NCBI GenBank assembly: GCA_963743915.1
Contig: CAVURN010000002.1
Span: forward strand, 1 to 64,000
Source of the DNA: an uncultured Actinomycetota bacterium
GTDB lineage: Bacteria > Actinomycetota > Actinomycetes > JAHEKZ01
Direction: 5' to 3'
Length of the DNA: 64,000 bases
In this document: positions 24,892-34,745 of the stretch, piece after piece
How positions within the stretch are numbered: position 1 is the first letter of the stretch
How the letters are laid out: each line of letters starts with the position of its first letter
The notes under the pieces: generated by a model
What the model was told of the DNA's origin: nothing
The model's input: the letters and a program-made list of their open reading frames with translations, nothing else
Database searches by the model: none
Program-made: the position numbers and the translations under genes

Positions 24892-25647
24892 TCAGCCGGC
24901 AAGCGGTGGTGCGATCCGAGCGACAGCCTCGGTCCTGCTGTGAACGCCAAGACGCGCGTAGATGTGTTCGAGATGCTTGCGCACCGTGCCCTCCGAGATT
25001 CCGACGTCCCGGGCAACCTGCCGGTTGGTGTGACCGGCAGCGACCCGACGCAGCAGCTCGAGCTGCCGAGGCGTCAGTGCGGGGACGGTGCGCAGCTCCG
25101 CCTCGACCCGGTCGTGGATGTCGACCAGGTGGGGTCGCAGCAGGGTCAGCAACAGCCGGTCGCGCTCGCTGAAGGGGATGTCCGTCGCCTTGCGGGCGAG
25201 CATCAGCCGCCGCTGGACTCCGCCCTGAGAGGGCAGGCCCACCAGAAGCTCGTACCAGAACCCCATCTGGCGCATGTACTCAGCCATCTTCAATCGCGCG
25301 AAGTCCCGTTCGCTGTAGAAGTCCTGCCACATGGAGACGGGGTTCTCTCCGTTGTGCAGCGTGGAGCTGCTGCAAGACTCACACTCCCAGAAGGCGTTCC
25401 AGAAGACCGCGTCGGTCACCTCGTCGTCGCTCGGCATGTCCGTCAGCAGCACCTCCTGGCTGAAGGTGATCTGCTGACGGTGGACGTCCAGGACCAAGAA
25501 GCTGACGCTGTCGCACGGTATGACCTCAGCCACACCTCGCATGACCTGGCCGAGGATCTCGGGTCCAGCGGCTGTGACGGCGGTGGGTGACACGACGTCC
25601 AGGAGACGGCGTAGATCCTTCTCGCTGATGCTGCTGGCATCCGGCAC
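24892..25647 (-). CDS. LuxR-family HTH regulator with GAF-like N-terminal domain
   Basis: FSERDRLLLTLLRPHL linker and LTPRQLELL...TVRKHLEHIYARLGV HTH. Confidence 0.85.
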   Translation of the reverse strand: MPDASSISEKDLRRLLDVVSPTAVTAAGPEILGQVMRGVAEVIPCDSVSFLVLDVHRQQITFSQEVLLTDMPSDDEVTDAVFWNAFWECESCSSSTLHNGENPVSMWQDFYSERDFARLKMAEYMRQMGFWYELLVGLPSQGGVQRRLMLARKATDIPFSERDRLLLTLLRPHLVDIHDRVEAELRTVPALTPRQLELLRRVAAGHTNRQVARDVGISEGTVRKHLEHIYARLGVHSRTEAVARIAPPLAG

Positions 25648-25702
25648 CGGAGCACCTCCTCGCTCTCCTGGGGAGAGTACGGCGTCATCCGGTTCCTGGA
25701 CA

Positions 25703-25758
25703 TACGTCGTTCTCCGTAGTCACGCCAGGGGTTCCGGGGCGCTACGCGAAAGGTCGTA
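25703..25758. promoter_or_regulatory. Two TACG-N8-CGTA dyad boxes (25703-25718 and 25743-25758), probable operators of the adjacent LuxR regulator
   Basis: TACGtcgttctcCGTA and TACGcgaaaggtCGTA, 40 bp apart, in the divergent intergenic region. Confidence 0.6.
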
Positions 25759-25825
25759 TGGACTCGAGCACCTTGGGCCGCAATCGTTTGCGAACACCCA
25801 CCCGAACCACGAATCGGAGGAACCA

Positions 25826-26107
25826 GTGTCCAGAATCTGGCAGTTGGCAGTCATCGGACTCGCGGCTGTGACCGCAGCACTCTTCGGCGGCGGGCCGGCC
25901 TTCGCCGCTCGCGCCCCGCTGGACCCGGAAGGCACCGCCGGCCCGCCACCCATTGTCATCGAGCGAGCAGCGAACGCGGCCTCTACGTCGCTGTGGACCT
26001 TGGCGATCGTGGCGGTCGTCGCAGCCGCCCTCACAGCACTCGTGTTCGTCGCCCTTGCCGCGCTGGCCCGACGCCGTCATTCGCGGGGTATCGCACTGGC
26101 AACCTGA
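25826..26107 (+). CDS. Small secreted/membrane-anchored protein (93 aa)
   Basis: GGAGG RBS, GTG start, signal peptide ending PAFA, short Pro-rich segment, C-terminal TM helix and RRRH tail. Confidence 0.7.
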   Translation: MSRIWQLAVIGLAAVTAALFGGGPAFAARAPLDPEGTAGPPPIVIERAANAASTSLWTLAIVAVVAAALTALVFVALAALARRRHSRGIALAT

Positions 26108-26864
26108 TCGACAGGTTCACGTCCGGCAGCGGTGGCCGCCCATCGCGGCGCCACCCCCGAGCAGCTGATGGCGGACCCGATGTTCTGGCACCACCGCGAA
26201 GCGCGAACTGGACTGGTCGGCTACTTCCGACTCACCGTGTTGGCTGCCGAGGGCTTTGAGAACGACAGTTCCGCACCCGGACCACCGTCGCCGCGGCGCA
26301 CGACGTGCGCGACGGAGCGGCAGCGGACACAGTCATCAAACTCGACCCCGCCGACGGAGGGTCGTCCTCGAAGAGGGCGGCGGCACGCGGGCGGTTGGCC
26401 GCCCCCGTGCGGGCGGTGGTGGTGCTCTCGGAGCCGCTCGGGGGCGTGCTCGAACGGTAAGTCGAACCGGTCGGCGTTGTCCATCGACTTGGGGGCTAGG
26501 GGGAAGGGACCCTGGCCCCGCGGCACGGGAGGGGACCCAGGGTTGCCTCGCGGCACCGCCCCCCAGGCAGAGCGGACGCCGGTGACGTCCGTCGACCCGG
26601 CTCCCCGAGTTCAGCAAGCTTACGTTCCGGCGGACTGTCCGGGACGCCCCGGAGCGAGACTCACCCGATCAGCCCGCTCGCGTCACGTTGCGTGGTGGAC
26701 CCGGATGTCGCCGCTAACCGATCGTGTCTGCACAGTGACCGTGGGTGCCTCTTTGCCTGGGTGTCACCCTCTCGCATTGCAGTTCTGTGAACGGACTCGC
26801 GATTTCCCTTCCACCAGGGGCCGGGCGCGACGAAGATGGCGGCAACGATGGATGGGGGTCCGGA

Positions 26865-27626
26865 ATGGTGCCGACGCGCTTGCTGACGGTCGCAGTGGGA
26901 ATGGTCACGATCGTGGCTGCGATGCAGGGGGTGAGCGCTGCGGCCACGGATGCCACGCCCGTGATGCGAATCGCGACCCTGGCGGTCGGCGACTGGCCGA
27001 TGAACGAGACGTCCGGGCAGACCATGGTCGATGTCTCCGGCAACGGTTTGGACGGCTACATCGGCAGCTCGGTGCTCATCAACGTGCCGACTGACGATGG
27101 CACGGGGTACCGCTTCCAAGGGCCCTTGAATGTGCAGAACCGTGAGCGGCTGGTGCTGGTCGACGACACCCCGATGCTGGACCCGGGAACCGAGACCTAC
27201 TCGGTCTCCGTCCGTTTCCGGACGTTCGGCTCCCGTCCGAACATCCTGCAGAAGGGGCAGTCGGAGGACACCGGTGGCTACTGGAAGCTCGTGATCCACA
27301 CCGGGTGGCCGCGCTGCCACTACCGGGACGAGAACTACAACACCAAAGCCATCGGTTTCATGAAGTCACCCGACCCGAACGCGAAGGTCAACGACGGCGA
27401 CTGGCACACGCTGCGCTGCCAACGCAACCTCGATTCGGTGTGCGTCTACCTCGACGAGGGAACACCCACTGCCATGAGCAGGTGCATCCGTGGTGCCATC
27501 GGTCGGATCGACAACAAGTGGCCGTTGTCGATCGGCGGCAAGATGCGGTGCGATCCGCTCCGAGCGTCCACGACGTGCGACTACTTCAACGGCGACATCG
27601 ACTGGGTGCGGATCGACAGACCCTGA
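26865..27626 (+). CDS. Secreted LamG-like protein (paralog 2)
   Basis: Signal peptide; WPMNETSG, DGDWHTL and IGGK..CDYFNGDIDWV. Confidence 0.75.
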   Translation: MVPTRLLTVAVGMVTIVAAMQGVSAAATDATPVMRIATLAVGDWPMNETSGQTMVDVSGNGLDGYIGSSVLINVPTDDGTGYRFQGPLNVQNRERLVLVDDTPMLDPGTETYSVSVRFRTFGSRPNILQKGQSEDTGGYWKLVIHTGWPRCHYRDENYNTKAIGFMKSPDPNAKVNDGDWHTLRCQRNLDSVCVYLDEGTPTAMSRCIRGAIGRIDNKWPLSIGGKMRCDPLRASTTCDYFNGDIDWVRIDRP

Positions 27627-27822
27627 GCCGCAGCCCCGACGATCGCTGGCGCCCCGCTGATGTGACGCTGCGTGTCCGCAGGGGCACAGTGAGTGCGTCT
27701 CAGACCTCCTGTCGCGGTGGTGTGTTGCAGTTGTGTGAATGACGCGTGTTGACCCTTCCGCGCACGTCGGTGCGTGGCGAGGATGATCACAACAGCGTCA
27801 CGTGGAGATGGGGGATCTGAGA

Positions 27823-28584
27823 ATGGTGCGAGCACGCTTGCTGACGGTCGCGGTCGGCATGGTGACGATTGCAGCGGCGATGCAGGGGGTGGGGGCAGCA
27901 GCCACGGATGCGACGCCTGTCATGCGGAAGGCGACCCTGGTGGTCGGCAGCTGGCAGATGAACGAGACGTCCGGGCAGACCATGGTGGACTCCTCCGGCA
28001 ACGGCCTGAACGGGTACATCGGCCGCTCGGTACGCATCAACTGGCCGACGCCCACGGGCAAGGGATACCACTTCGAGGGCCCGTTGAACGTGCAGAACCG
28101 GGAGCGTCTGGCGCTGGTCGACGACACCCCGATGCTGGACCCGGGAACCGGCACCTACTCGGTGTCCGTCCGGTTCAAGACGAACGGTTCGCGTCCGAAC
28201 ATCCTGCAGAAGGGTCAGTCGGAGGACAGCGGCGGCTACTGGAAGCTGGTGGTCCACACCGGGTGGCCGCGGTGCCACTACCGGGACGAGAACCACAACA
28301 CCAAGGCGATCGGCTTCTACAAGTCGCCCAACCCCAACGCCAAGGTGGACGACGGTGACTGGCACACGCTGCGCTGTGTCAGGAACCTCACCAACGTCTG
28401 CGTCTACCTCGACGAGGGCACGCCTTCTGCGATGAGCCGGTGCATCAAGGGCAGCATCGGACGGATCGACAACAAGTGGCCGTTGTCCATCGGCGGCAAG
28501 CTGCGGTGCGACCCCGCAAGGGCATCCACGACGTGCGACTACTTCAACGGTGACATCGACTGGGTGCGCATCGAGAAACCCTGA
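27823..28584 (+). CDS. Secreted LamG-like protein (paralog 3, tandem duplicate)
   Basis: Same length (762 bp) as paralog 2, with long identical peptide runs. Confidence 0.75.
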   Translation: MVRARLLTVAVGMVTIAAAMQGVGAAATDATPVMRKATLVVGSWQMNETSGQTMVDSSGNGLNGYIGRSVRINWPTPTGKGYHFEGPLNVQNRERLALVDDTPMLDPGTGTYSVSVRFKTNGSRPNILQKGQSEDSGGYWKLVVHTGWPRCHYRDENHNTKAIGFYKSPNPNAKVDDGDWHTLRCVRNLTNVCVYLDEGTPSAMSRCIKGSIGRIDNKWPLSIGGKLRCDPARASTTCDYFNGDIDWVRIEKP

Positions 28585-28585
28585 G

Positions 28586-28625
28586 GTTGATGGGTGTGGT
28601 CGCCAAGACGACCACACCCATCAAC
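28586..28625. terminator. Perfect 17-bp stem hairpin between convergent genes
   Basis: GTTGATGGGTGTGGTCG-ccaaga-CGACCACACCCATCAAC. Confidence 0.75.
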
Positions 28626-28632
28626 ATCGTCG

Positions 28633-28914
28633 TCAGAGACGGACGTCGCTGCGGGTGGTGTTCCGTCCGGTGACGGTCGACGCGATCATGACGAGCACAG
28701 CGGCGACCGCGATGGAGACGATCCAACGAATCCAGTCGACACCGGCAGTCTCGTCGCCACCGAAGGCGTCATAGATCACCCAGCCCAGTAGCACACCGCC
28801 GATACCGCACAGCAGCGTCAGCCAGATCGGAATGTTGTCCTTGTCGCCCGGTGCGATGAACTTCCCGAGAAGTCCGATGATGAGTCCAGCGATCAGCAGA
28901 ACGACGATCTCCAT
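28633..28914 (-). CDS. GlsB/YeaQ/YmgE family stress-response membrane protein
   Basis: GLIIGLLGKFIAPG...IPIWLTLLCGIGG...GVDWIRW; three TM helices. Confidence 0.85.
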   Translation of the reverse strand: MEIVVLLIAGLIIGLLGKFIAPGDKDNIPIWLTLLCGIGGVLLGWVIYDAFGGDETAGVDWIRWIVSIAVAAVLVMIASTVTGRNTTRSDVRL

Positions 28915-29132
28915 GATGAGGTCCTTCGACGTGTAGTGGTCCAGCCCTGTGCTGTCCGCAGTCGTCTTCTACCCAGAGCCACGCCGTCCATGCGTCAGGG
29001 GACCCGCAATCCGGCCTGCACGGAGAGCAACAAGACCGTCACTCAACGATTAGAGGCTTTCCGTGCATCCAACGGGCCTGTGAGGGGGAAAGAACGGGAG
29101 AACCATCCCTTCCCATGATCGGAGATCTGCTC

Positions 29133-29783
29133 ATGCGCCTCATCCGAACTGCGACTGCCGCCACCGCCAGCGTGGCCCTGGCCGCTGGGTTTGCGGTTGC
29201 CGCCGCCCCCAGTGCCAGCGCCGGGGAGCTGGGGGACAAGTCCCTCGGCTCGATCCTGCTGGCTGACGGTGACACGTTCGACAGCAACCCCTGGGACTAC
29301 GACATCGTGACCCAGGCGGCGGTGGCCGTCCTCGACGCGAAGCCGAAGTCCGACGTCGGTCTGCTGCTCGACGGCAGCGTTCCGTTGACCGCCTTCCTGC
29401 CGACGGACCGGGCGTTCGACAAGCTCGTCATCGACCTGACCGGCTCCTCGGCCGGCAGCGAGAGCGCCACGTTCGACGTCGTGGCGGGTCTGGGGATCGA
29501 CACGGTGGAGGCCGTGCTGCTCTACCACGTGGTTCCCGGCGCGACCATCGACTCGTCCGCCGCCGTTGCGGCCGACGGTGCCAAGCTCGCCACCGCAGCC
29601 GATGGTGCCACCTTCACCGTCGACGTGGTGCAGAAGTCGGACGGTGGCTTCGGCGTCCGCCTCATCGACAACGAGCCTGACGTCCGCAACCCCTGGCTCG
29701 TGCTGGACCGCCTCGACATCAACGAGGGCAACAAGCAGATCGCGCACCGCATCGGCCGGGTGCTGATCCCGGCTGACCTGTAA
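29133..29783 (+). CDS. Secreted fasciclin (FAS1) domain protein
   Basis: Signal peptide; H1 LTAFLPTDRAF, LLYHVVPG and H2 IAHRIGRVLIP. Confidence 0.88.
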   Translation: MRLIRTATAATASVALAAGFAVAAAPSASAGELGDKSLGSILLADGDTFDSNPWDYDIVTQAAVAVLDAKPKSDVGLLLDGSVPLTAFLPTDRAFDKLVIDLTGSSAGSESATFDVVAGLGIDTVEAVLLYHVVPGATIDSSAAVAADGAKLATAADGATFTVDVVQKSDGGFGVRLIDNEPDVRNPWLVLDRLDINEGNKQIAHRIGRVLIPADL

Positions 29784-29797
29784 CCGCCACGGCGGAG

Positions 29798-29829
29798 GAG
29801 GGGGGAGTCGCCCAGGCGACTCCCCCCTC
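29798..29829. terminator. GC-rich perfect hairpin between fasciclin and GT14 genes
   Basis: GAGGGGGGAGTCGCC-ca-GGCGACTCCCCCCTC. Confidence 0.7.
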
Positions 29830-30672
29830 ACGCATGTCTCGTCCAGCGCGTCCAGCAACCCGCTCGACCGCTCGAGGTCGACCTTGCGGGCGAAGTAGTC
29901 GCCCGACGACACGAATGGCGTCCGCGTCCTTCTCCGTGAGGATCTCCGGATGCGGCTGTCCCTCGACCCATCGGATGAACCGTCGACGCTCGGCGACGAT
30001 GCGGAGGCGCTCGGAGTCGTGCAGCAGCAGGGTCGGCAGCAGTGCCTCGTCCGGGACCGAGCATCGGCTGAGGTAGCGGCGGACGCGTGTCTGCTCCTCG
30101 TACTGCTCGAGCAGGTGCTCGACGGCGGAGCGGGACAGGTTGGCCCACATGTCGCCGATGTGCAGGCGCAGGTCCTGGTCGAACGGTGGTCGACGTGGGA
30201 ACGGGACGGAGCGGCGGTCGCCGGGGATCCGGCGACGATGCAGATACCGCTGACGGCAGCGCGCCTGCCACGGGATGACGTCGTCGGCCGGGTCGTCCGG
30301 CACCGGGAAGAAGCGGAGCATCGCATCTGCCTCGACACCCGCCAGATGAGACTCGGTCGTGCGGAGTGACTGTGCGGGGTAGTCCTGCCCGGAGATGAGC
30401 AGGAGCCACTCCAGGTCGGGAATCTGTCCTACCGCATCCCCCATGACCCGGAACATCGCCTCGGCCAGGTTCATGCGGCCCCAGTCGCAGGGTTGTGGAT
30501 CCCGGACCAGCCGCACCCGGTCCGACGGTGTCAGGCCCGGGGAGCCGCTCCGTGGGTCGTGGTGCACCAGTGCAACGGTCCGTTCGCCCTCGAGCACGCG
30601 GTCGACGAGACGTCGGATCAAGGGAGGGTCCCGGTGGGACAGGATGCCTACGACGATGCTGCCCCCGGTCAT
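29828..30672 (-). CDS. GT14 (core-2/I-branching, xylosyltransferase-like) glycosyltransferase, frameshifted near the 3' end
   Basis: ILSHRDP, VHHD, DWGRMNL, LISGQDYP and VPDE motifs; the YFARKVD motif continues in another frame near 29910. 3' end uncertain. Confidence 0.8.
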
Positions 30673-30680
30673 GAACGCAC

Positions 30681-30690
30681 ATCTTATGCT
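30681..30690. promoter_or_regulatory. Overlapping divergent -10 hexamers (TATGCT on +, TAAGAT on -)
   Basis: Only 24 bp separate the two divergent ATGs; each hexamer lies 6-8 nt before its ATG. Confidence 0.55.
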
Positions 30691-30696
30691 CATCCC

Positions 30697-31650
30697 ATGA
30701 CCGGACCTCAGGAGAGCAACGACCATCGGGTGCGCGTCGCCTTCCTGGCGGCGACCGGTCGCAGCGGCAGCACACTGCTCGCCCGAGTTCTCGGGAGTCT
30801 TCCGGGCACATGTTCGGTCGGTGAGCTCACGTGGATCTGGACGTACGGCCTGAAGCTCAACCGCCCGTGTGGATGCGGAGCCGACTTCGCCGACTGCCCC
30901 TTTTGGTCGGGCGTCGGTCAGCGCGCCTACGGAGGCTGGGAGAACGTCGACGCGGAGGAGGCCATCGGGCTGCGCCGGGCGCTGACGAGCAACCGCCGAG
31001 TGCCGGAGCTGTTCACCAGACCCACGCCGGGGACCTCCGATCTGCTCGACAGGTACACGTCCCTGTTGTCACCGCTGTACCACGCGATCCGTGATGAGAG
31101 CGGTGCCGACGTCATCATCGACAACTCCAAGCAGGCGGGGGTCGCCCTGATCGCCCGACGCACCCCCGGTGTCGATCTGGAGCTCGTGCACCTGGTGCGA
31201 CGCAGCCACGGTGTCGCGCACTCGTGGACCAAGCACGTCTCGCGGTCCGACAACCCCGGCAAGGAGATGCGGCGTCGGGGCCCGGGACGCACCGCGGTGC
31301 GATGGACCGCTGACAACGCGCTCTTCGAGCTGCTCGGACGGACGGGGACCCCGATGACGACGATCCGCTACGAGGACTTCGTCGCCGACCCGCAGCCCAG
31401 CACCCGACGACTCGCCGAGTTTCTGCGGATCGAGCCGGCGTCGGTGGACGCCCTCTTCCCCGAACCGAACGCCGTCGAGCTGGCGTCCGACCACAGCGTG
31501 TGGGGGAACCCCATGCGTCTGCGCAGCGGGCCGGAGGTGCTGAAGGCGGACGAGGGATGGCGGCAGGCGATGCCCGACCGTGACCGACGCAGCGTGACGC
31601 TGCTCAGCTGGCCCGCCCTCGCCAGGTATGGCTACCTGCGCCAGCACTGA
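30697..31650 (+). CDS. PAPS-dependent sulfotransferase
   Basis: 5'-PSB GRSGSTLL, DNSK, 3'-PB HLVRRSHGVAHSW, IRYEDF and GNPMR motifs. Confidence 0.88.
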   Translation: MTGPQESNDHRVRVAFLAATGRSGSTLLARVLGSLPGTCSVGELTWIWTYGLKLNRPCGCGADFADCPFWSGVGQRAYGGWENVDAEEAIGLRRALTSNRRVPELFTRPTPGTSDLLDRYTSLLSPLYHAIRDESGADVIIDNSKQAGVALIARRTPGVDLELVHLVRRSHGVAHSWTKHVSRSDNPGKEMRRRGPGRTAVRWTADNALFELLGRTGTPMTTIRYEDFVADPQPSTRRLAEFLRIEPASVDALFPEPNAVELASDHSVWGNPMRLRSGPEVLKADEGWRQAMPDRDRRSVTLLSWPALARYGYLRQH

Positions 31651-31662
31651 CCGGCGGTCAGG

Positions 31663-33228
31663 TCACTTGCGTCGTCGCCGTGCGGCGGCCACCATCGCGT
31701 GGATCTCGAGCGGCTGCTGCCAGCGCCACAGGCCGAGGGCGAACACGATTCCGGCCGCCACCCCGGCCGCCAGCAAGGTGGCGATGTTCTCGCCACCGAT
31801 CGCTCCGCACACGGCGACCACAGCCCCCACGCCGAGGCACAGCGCCATCGCATGTCGGGTCGCCGTCCCCACCGGCTGCAGGTGCAGGAAGCTGTGCACC
31901 TGCCAGAGCGGGAGCAGGTTGTTGATCAGGATTCCCACCGTCCACCCGATGGCGGCACCCGTCACGCCGTACCGCGGGATGAGGATCAGGTCGAGCCCCA
32001 CGGTGACGACGAGCGCCAACCCGGTGTTCATCAGGCTGAGCCCGCTCCGCCCCCCCATCAGCAGCACCGAGTCGACCGGTCCGCACGCGGTCGCCACCAG
32101 CATGGCGAGGCACAGGATCACGACTGCGGCGGCTGCCTCGTCGTAACCCTCACCGAAGACGTCCAGCAGCAGGGGCGCGAACACCACCGCGACCAGGTAG
32201 ATCGGCCACGAGACGAGGATCAGCCAGGCGGTGGTCGTCTGGTACATCGTCCGCGCCCGGTCCTTGGCTCCCAGCGCCAGGAACTCACTGATGCGGGGGG
32301 CCATCACCTGCTGGATCGCCTGGACGAACATCAGGCCGAGGATCGGGAAGCGGGTGGCGGCGGTGTAGAGCGCGGCGTCGGCGGGGCCACGGAGCGCGCC
32401 CACGAGAATGATGTCGACGCGCTGCAGCGCGACCGAGAACGCCCTGGACACCGCCCGCGGCGCCGAGAACTTCCAGAACTCCGAGCTCAGCCGTCCTTCG
32501 GAGGGCTCAGCCTCGCCGCGCGCGGTGAGGTTCGCCACGACCTTGCGCGTGCGATCCAGCGTCCACAGCACGAGGACGACCAGAGCCGCGACGTACGGCG
32601 CTGCCCACGCGAGCGTGAGCCACAGGACCGATGTCGTCGCCATCAGGGCGACCGCGCACACCACCACCTGCGTGCTGCCGCGTCCGATCTTCTCGATCAC
32701 GACGAGGGGCATGATCGCCCCGAACCCGCGGCTGGCCGCGAGCCCGAGCAGATAGACCGTCGCCACCGGGAGGACGACGCTCAGCACGAGTATCGCGTCG
32801 CTGAAGACGGAGGCGAGGGAGTCGGAGTCACCCGTCGCCAGCTCGCCGAGCGGCCCGGAGGTCAGGGCGAGCAGGACGGCGAGCAGGATGCTGAACGCGA
32901 GCGGTGGTCCCAGGGAGACCTTCAAGGTGGCGCGAACGTCGTCCGGTCGTCGCTGGGCGATGGACCGGGGAAGGAACCGGACGAGCCCGGTGTCGGCGCC
33001 GAGGGTGCTGATGGTGAGGACGATGGTGAAGAGCGCGGTCGCCTGGAAGAACACACCCGCGTCGCCCTTGTCGAGGGTGCGGGTGATCAGGACCGGAAGG
33101 GCGAGGTTGAGGGCAGCCGCCACGAAGCTGCCGGCGAGGTTCAGTCCGCTCTGGTGTGCCAGCTGTCGGAGGTCCCGGTCACGCTCGGTCTGCTTCGGGT
33201 CCGCCAGGTCGTCGCGATCGGTGGTCAT
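31663..33228 (-). CDS. Wzx-type oligosaccharide flippase (MOP superfamily)
   Basis: 12-14 TM helices; ITRTL...GVF, DIILVG and LIPRYGVTGAAIG. Confidence 0.85.
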   Translation of the reverse strand: MTTDRDDLADPKQTERDRDLRQLAHQSGLNLAGSFVAAALNLALPVLITRTLDKGDAGVFFQATALFTIVLTISTLGADTGLVRFLPRSIAQRRPDDVRATLKVSLGPPLAFSILLAVLLALTSGPLGELATGDSDSLASVFSDAILVLSVVLPVATVYLLGLAASRGFGAIMPLVVIEKIGRGSTQVVVCAVALMATTSVLWLTLAWAAPYVAALVVLVLWTLDRTRKVVANLTARGEAEPSEGRLSSEFWKFSAPRAVSRAFSVALQRVDIILVGALRGPADAALYTAATRFPILGLMFVQAIQQVMAPRISEFLALGAKDRARTMYQTTTAWLILVSWPIYLVAVVFAPLLLDVFGEGYDEAAAAVVILCLAMLVATACGPVDSVLLMGGRSGLSLMNTGLALVVTVGLDLILIPRYGVTGAAIGWTVGILINNLLPLWQVHSFLHLQPVGTATRHAMALCLGVGAVVAVCGAIGGENIATLLAAGVAAGIVFALGLWRWQQPLEIHAMVAAARRRRK

Positions 33229-34745
33229 GCACGCTGCCAGAACTGGTCGTCACCCCGTGAGGCAGCATCTGCCTGCTCCTCCTGGGCCGAACGTCGGATC
33301 TGGTCGTTGCGCCAGAGCAGCGCGATGGAGCAGAAGGTGATCGCGAGCGGCATCGTGAGGGCGGAGTAGAACATTCCGTAGAAGAGCTCCATGGCGACCA
33401 CGGTGGTACCGGCGATCCCCAGGGGCGAGAGGTCCCGCATGTACGCAAGGAGGCTGCGACCCAGGAAGGCGATGTAGAGCGCCAGACCCATGAAGCCCTG
33501 AGCGATCAGGAGCAGGGTGAACTGACCGGTGGAGCCGATGTCACGACCGCCGCAGCGAGGGCATTCCTCCGTGGGACCGATGGCGATGGACGCCTCGCTG
33601 CCTTGGGTGTCACGCGTGGACCCGAATCCGAGGATCGGTGACTGCAAGGCGGTGCCGAGCGATGTCTCCGCGAGGGAGCTGCGCACCGAGTTGCTGTGTC
33701 CGGCCTGGAGCCGTTCGGTCACGAGGGTCTTCAGCGGCGAGAGGAGGAAGACCACACTGGCAAGGATCAGCACGGCACTGGTGGCGACGAGCACCATGGT
33801 GCGACCCCGGAGAGCGAGCCGGGTCGCCACGATCGCCAGGGCGAGCCCCAGCCCCAGCCACATGCCCCGGTTCAGCGAGTACACGATGGGCATGGCGGCC
33901 AGCACCATCAGGGTGGCCAGCATGAACCGACGTCGGCGGCTGCCCAGGACGCCCCACGCGACCACGAGCCAGATGATCAGCAGGGACGTGTTGTTGCCCC
34001 ACGCGTTGGTGAACTTGAACGGAGCCGCGGGTCGAGGGGTCGGGTCGCCCAGGACCGGTTGTACTTGAGCCAGCCGGGTCGCCGAGCCGTCGGACAGGAA
34101 GTCCGGCAGGAGACCCGCGAGGGGTGAGGTGAACTGGAGGTTGGGCAGCACGAGCGCCAGCAGCGCGAGCCCGATGGACGCCGCACCCAGCGTCGCGAGC
34201 CAGCCGATGACCCGGGAGCGAGGCAGCAGCCGTTCACTGGCGTTGCCGATGTAGAGCAGGAACACACTCAGGGCGAGGTAGTTCGCGAAGCGGAACCCGA
34301 AGGCGATGTAGCGGCCCACGCCCTCCGAGGAGGACGTGCCCGCGGCGTCGACGTCGAGCGCGAAGCCGCTGAACAGCACCAGGATGAGGAACAGGATCCA
34401 GATTCCGAAGCCGGGCGGGTAGCGGACGTTCCCCTTCTTCTTCAGGGCCCACGCGAGCGGCACCGCTGCCACGATGAAGACCAGCTGGGTCAGACCAAGG
34501 GCCCACCAGAGCGGCCAGCCGACGATCGCCAGGGCGACCGGCAGCCACTCCGGTGGGGTGCCACGGCGACGAGCAGGGCCGCCCTCCGGGTCTTCCAGCG
34601 ACAGACTGAGTGAGTCGTGGTCAGGGGTCGGGGGGACCGAGGGAAGAGGGACCACGAGCCGGCCGTCGACGTCGGTGGCCAGCACGTCACGCGGCGCGTC
34701 GTCCTCGACCCGCCGTCCCAGACTGTAGTTCTCAGTGGTAGCCAT
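33225..34745 (-). CDS. O-antigen ligase/Wzy polymerase-like membrane protein
   Basis: Multi-TM; RPAAPF..TNAWG, SLNRG, SVR...SPILGFG and QGFMG. Confidence 0.75.
   Translation of the reverse strand: MATTENYSLGRRVEDDAPRDVLATDVDGRLVVPLPSVPPTPDHDSLSLSLEDPEGGPARRRGTPPEWLPVALAIVGWPLWWALGLTQLVFIVAAVPLAWALKKKGNVRYPPGFGIWILFLILVLFSGFALDVDAAGTSSSEGVGRYIAFGFRFANYLALSVFLLYIGNASERLLPRSRVIGWLATLGAASIGLALLALVLPNLQFTSPLAGLLPDFLSDGSATRLAQVQPVLGDPTPRPAAPFKFTNAWGNNTSLLIIWLVVAWGVLGSRRRRFMLATLMVLAAMPIVYSLNRGMWLGLGLALAIVATRLALRGRTMVLVATSAVLILASVVFLLSPLKTLVTERLQAGHSNSVRSSLAETSLGTALQSPILGFGSTRDTQGSEASIAIGPTEECPRCGGRDIGSTGQFTLLLIAQGFMGLALYIAFLGRSLLAYMRDLSPLGIAGTTVVAMELFYGMFYSALTMPLAITFCSIALLWRNDQIRRSAQEEQADAASRGDDQFWQRA

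Noticed and set aside
26490-26860. Riboswitch (c-di-AMP or cobalamin) upstream of the LamG pair
   Set aside because: Only short GC stems; the conserved aptamer motifs are absent.
29000-29100. SigK-type ECF promoter before the fasciclin gene (GCATCC / CAATCC)
   Set aside because: No matching CCGAA -10 element at the proper spacing.
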